Assembly: GCA_964650355.1 (NCBI GenBank)
Contig: CAZYTL010000001.1
Coordinates: 4,018 to 68,017, forward strand
Direction of reading: 5' to 3'
Source: an uncultured Gammaproteobacteria bacterium
GTDB taxonomy: Bacteria; Patescibacteriota; Microgenomatia; CAYXHB01; CAZYTL01
Length of the DNA: 64,000 nucleotides
Of this stretch, positions 63,367-64,000 are shown one piece after another. The notes beneath the pieces are model-generated. The model saw only the letters and a program-made list of their open reading frames with translations. It was not told where the DNA came from and searched no databases. Numbering within the stretch: position 1 is the first letter of the stretch; the number at the start of each line of letters is the position of its first letter. The position numbers were made by a program, and so were the translations under genes.

Positions 63367-63992
63367 CAATGCTTATTTTCATGGACGAGTCTGGAGATAC
63401 TGGATTTAAGTTAAAAACTGCCTCCAGCCGATTTTTTGTTCTCACCATAGTCATCTTTGATAATTTAGAATCAGCGGAAAAAGCGAACGAAGCTATTAAA
63501 GAATTGCACACTGAATTAAGTTTCTCAAACCAAAAAGAGTTTAAATTCAGTACCGGAACCTCAAATAAATTTAAGGTGGCTTTTCTACAAAAACTTTCCC
63601 GCCAGGACTTTCGATACCGATCGATAGTAATTGACAAAACAAAACTTGCACAAATGAACCCTAAAAATCCGGAGGATAGTTTATATATGCTGGTAACTGA
63701 CCAGCTATTTTTGAGGGCACAGGATAGAATCAAAAACGCTTCTTTATTTATCGATCAAACCGCTCAGTCGAAAAAATTTATACAAAAATTTAACACCTAT
63801 CTGAAACGTAAACTTAATACTGACATAAGGAAAGTTATAGGAGAAGTTAGACACAAAGACTCAAAGCGCAATAACTTACTCCAACTGGCAGATATGGTGT
63901 GTGGAGCAATTTACCGTAAGTACAACAAAAAGGATGACAAATTCTATAAACTGATTAAAAAGAGGGAAGAAGATTTATGGAAGCCTTACTAA
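63357..63992 (+). CDS. DUF3800-family protein
   Basis: N-terminal IFMDESGDTGF (the DESG motif characteristic of DUF3800), 211 aa. Confidence 0.5.
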   Translation: MSLAMLIFMDESGDTGFKLKTASSRFFVLTIVIFDNLESAEKANEAIKELHTELSFSNQKEFKFSTGTSNKFKVAFLQKLSRQDFRYRSIVIDKTKLAQMNPKNPEDSLYMLVTDQLFLRAQDRIKNASLFIDQTAQSKKFIQKFNTYLKRKLNTDIRKVIGEVRHKDSKRNNLLQLADMVCGAIYRKYNKKDDKFYKLIKKREEDLWKPY

Positions 63993-64000
63993 CCTAAAAA

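Larger units (their letters stand above)
2931..63992 (-). mobile_element. prophage-like element: immunity, replication, methylases, terminase, 22-kb cargo, portal, head, tail and lysis
   Basis: Co-linear minus-strand phage modules with the lysis cassette at the low-coordinate end. The upstream genes (methyltransferase, DinB-like) look cellular. The right boundary is not visible within the window. Confidence 0.6.

Overview
This is a low-GC window dominated by a prophage-like element on the minus strand, running from roughly 2.9 kb to the end of the window.

The prophage reads, from high to low coordinates:
- A CI-like repressor, ImmA protease and Cro-like lysogeny switch, plus a DUF3800 gene, at 62-64 kb.
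- A replication initiator-like gene with internal iterons.
- A C5-cytosine methyltransferase and a ParB-methyltransferase fusion.
- Small and large terminase subunits at 55.2-57.3 kb.
- About 22 kb of cargo.
- A portal-like gene, scaffold, major capsid, tail and fibre genes, a tail-associated amidase and a 1800-aa virion protein.
- A lysis cassette of an M23 peptidase, a holin and an XhlA-like protein.

The cargo and accessory content includes:
- A complete diversity-generating retroelement (DGR). It has a DGR-type reverse transcriptase with an IGNLTSQ motif, a divergently encoded Avd, and a template repeat. A variable repeat differs from the template only where the template has adenines.
- The DGR target is the C-terminal lectin-like tail of a MoxR-like AAA+ ATPase. 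This ATPase is paired with a vWA/HExxH protein.
- A TPR-HEPN protein with a small membrane partner.
- An ~11-kb block flanked by ~24-bp imperfect direct repeats. It carries an excisionase-like HTH, a Type I restriction-modification system with an HsdM fused to a single-domain HsdS plus HsdR, a SIR2-HerA pair with a translationally coupled third nuclease-like gene, and a secreted S1 protease.
- A second HTH-led three-gene operon, comprising a protein with an Rx5H HEPN-like motif, an unknown protein and a 792-aa multi-pass membrane protein.
- An ECF sigma and anti-sigma pair with secreted proteins.

The left ~2.6 kb looks like host DNA, with a DinB_2-like gene, a SAM methyltransferase, a GIY-YIG gene and an AbrB-like gene. 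It also contains a hairpin-rich possible attachment boundary.

No rRNA, convincing tRNA or CRISPR array was found. All calls are from reading the sequence and motifs. No database searches were run.
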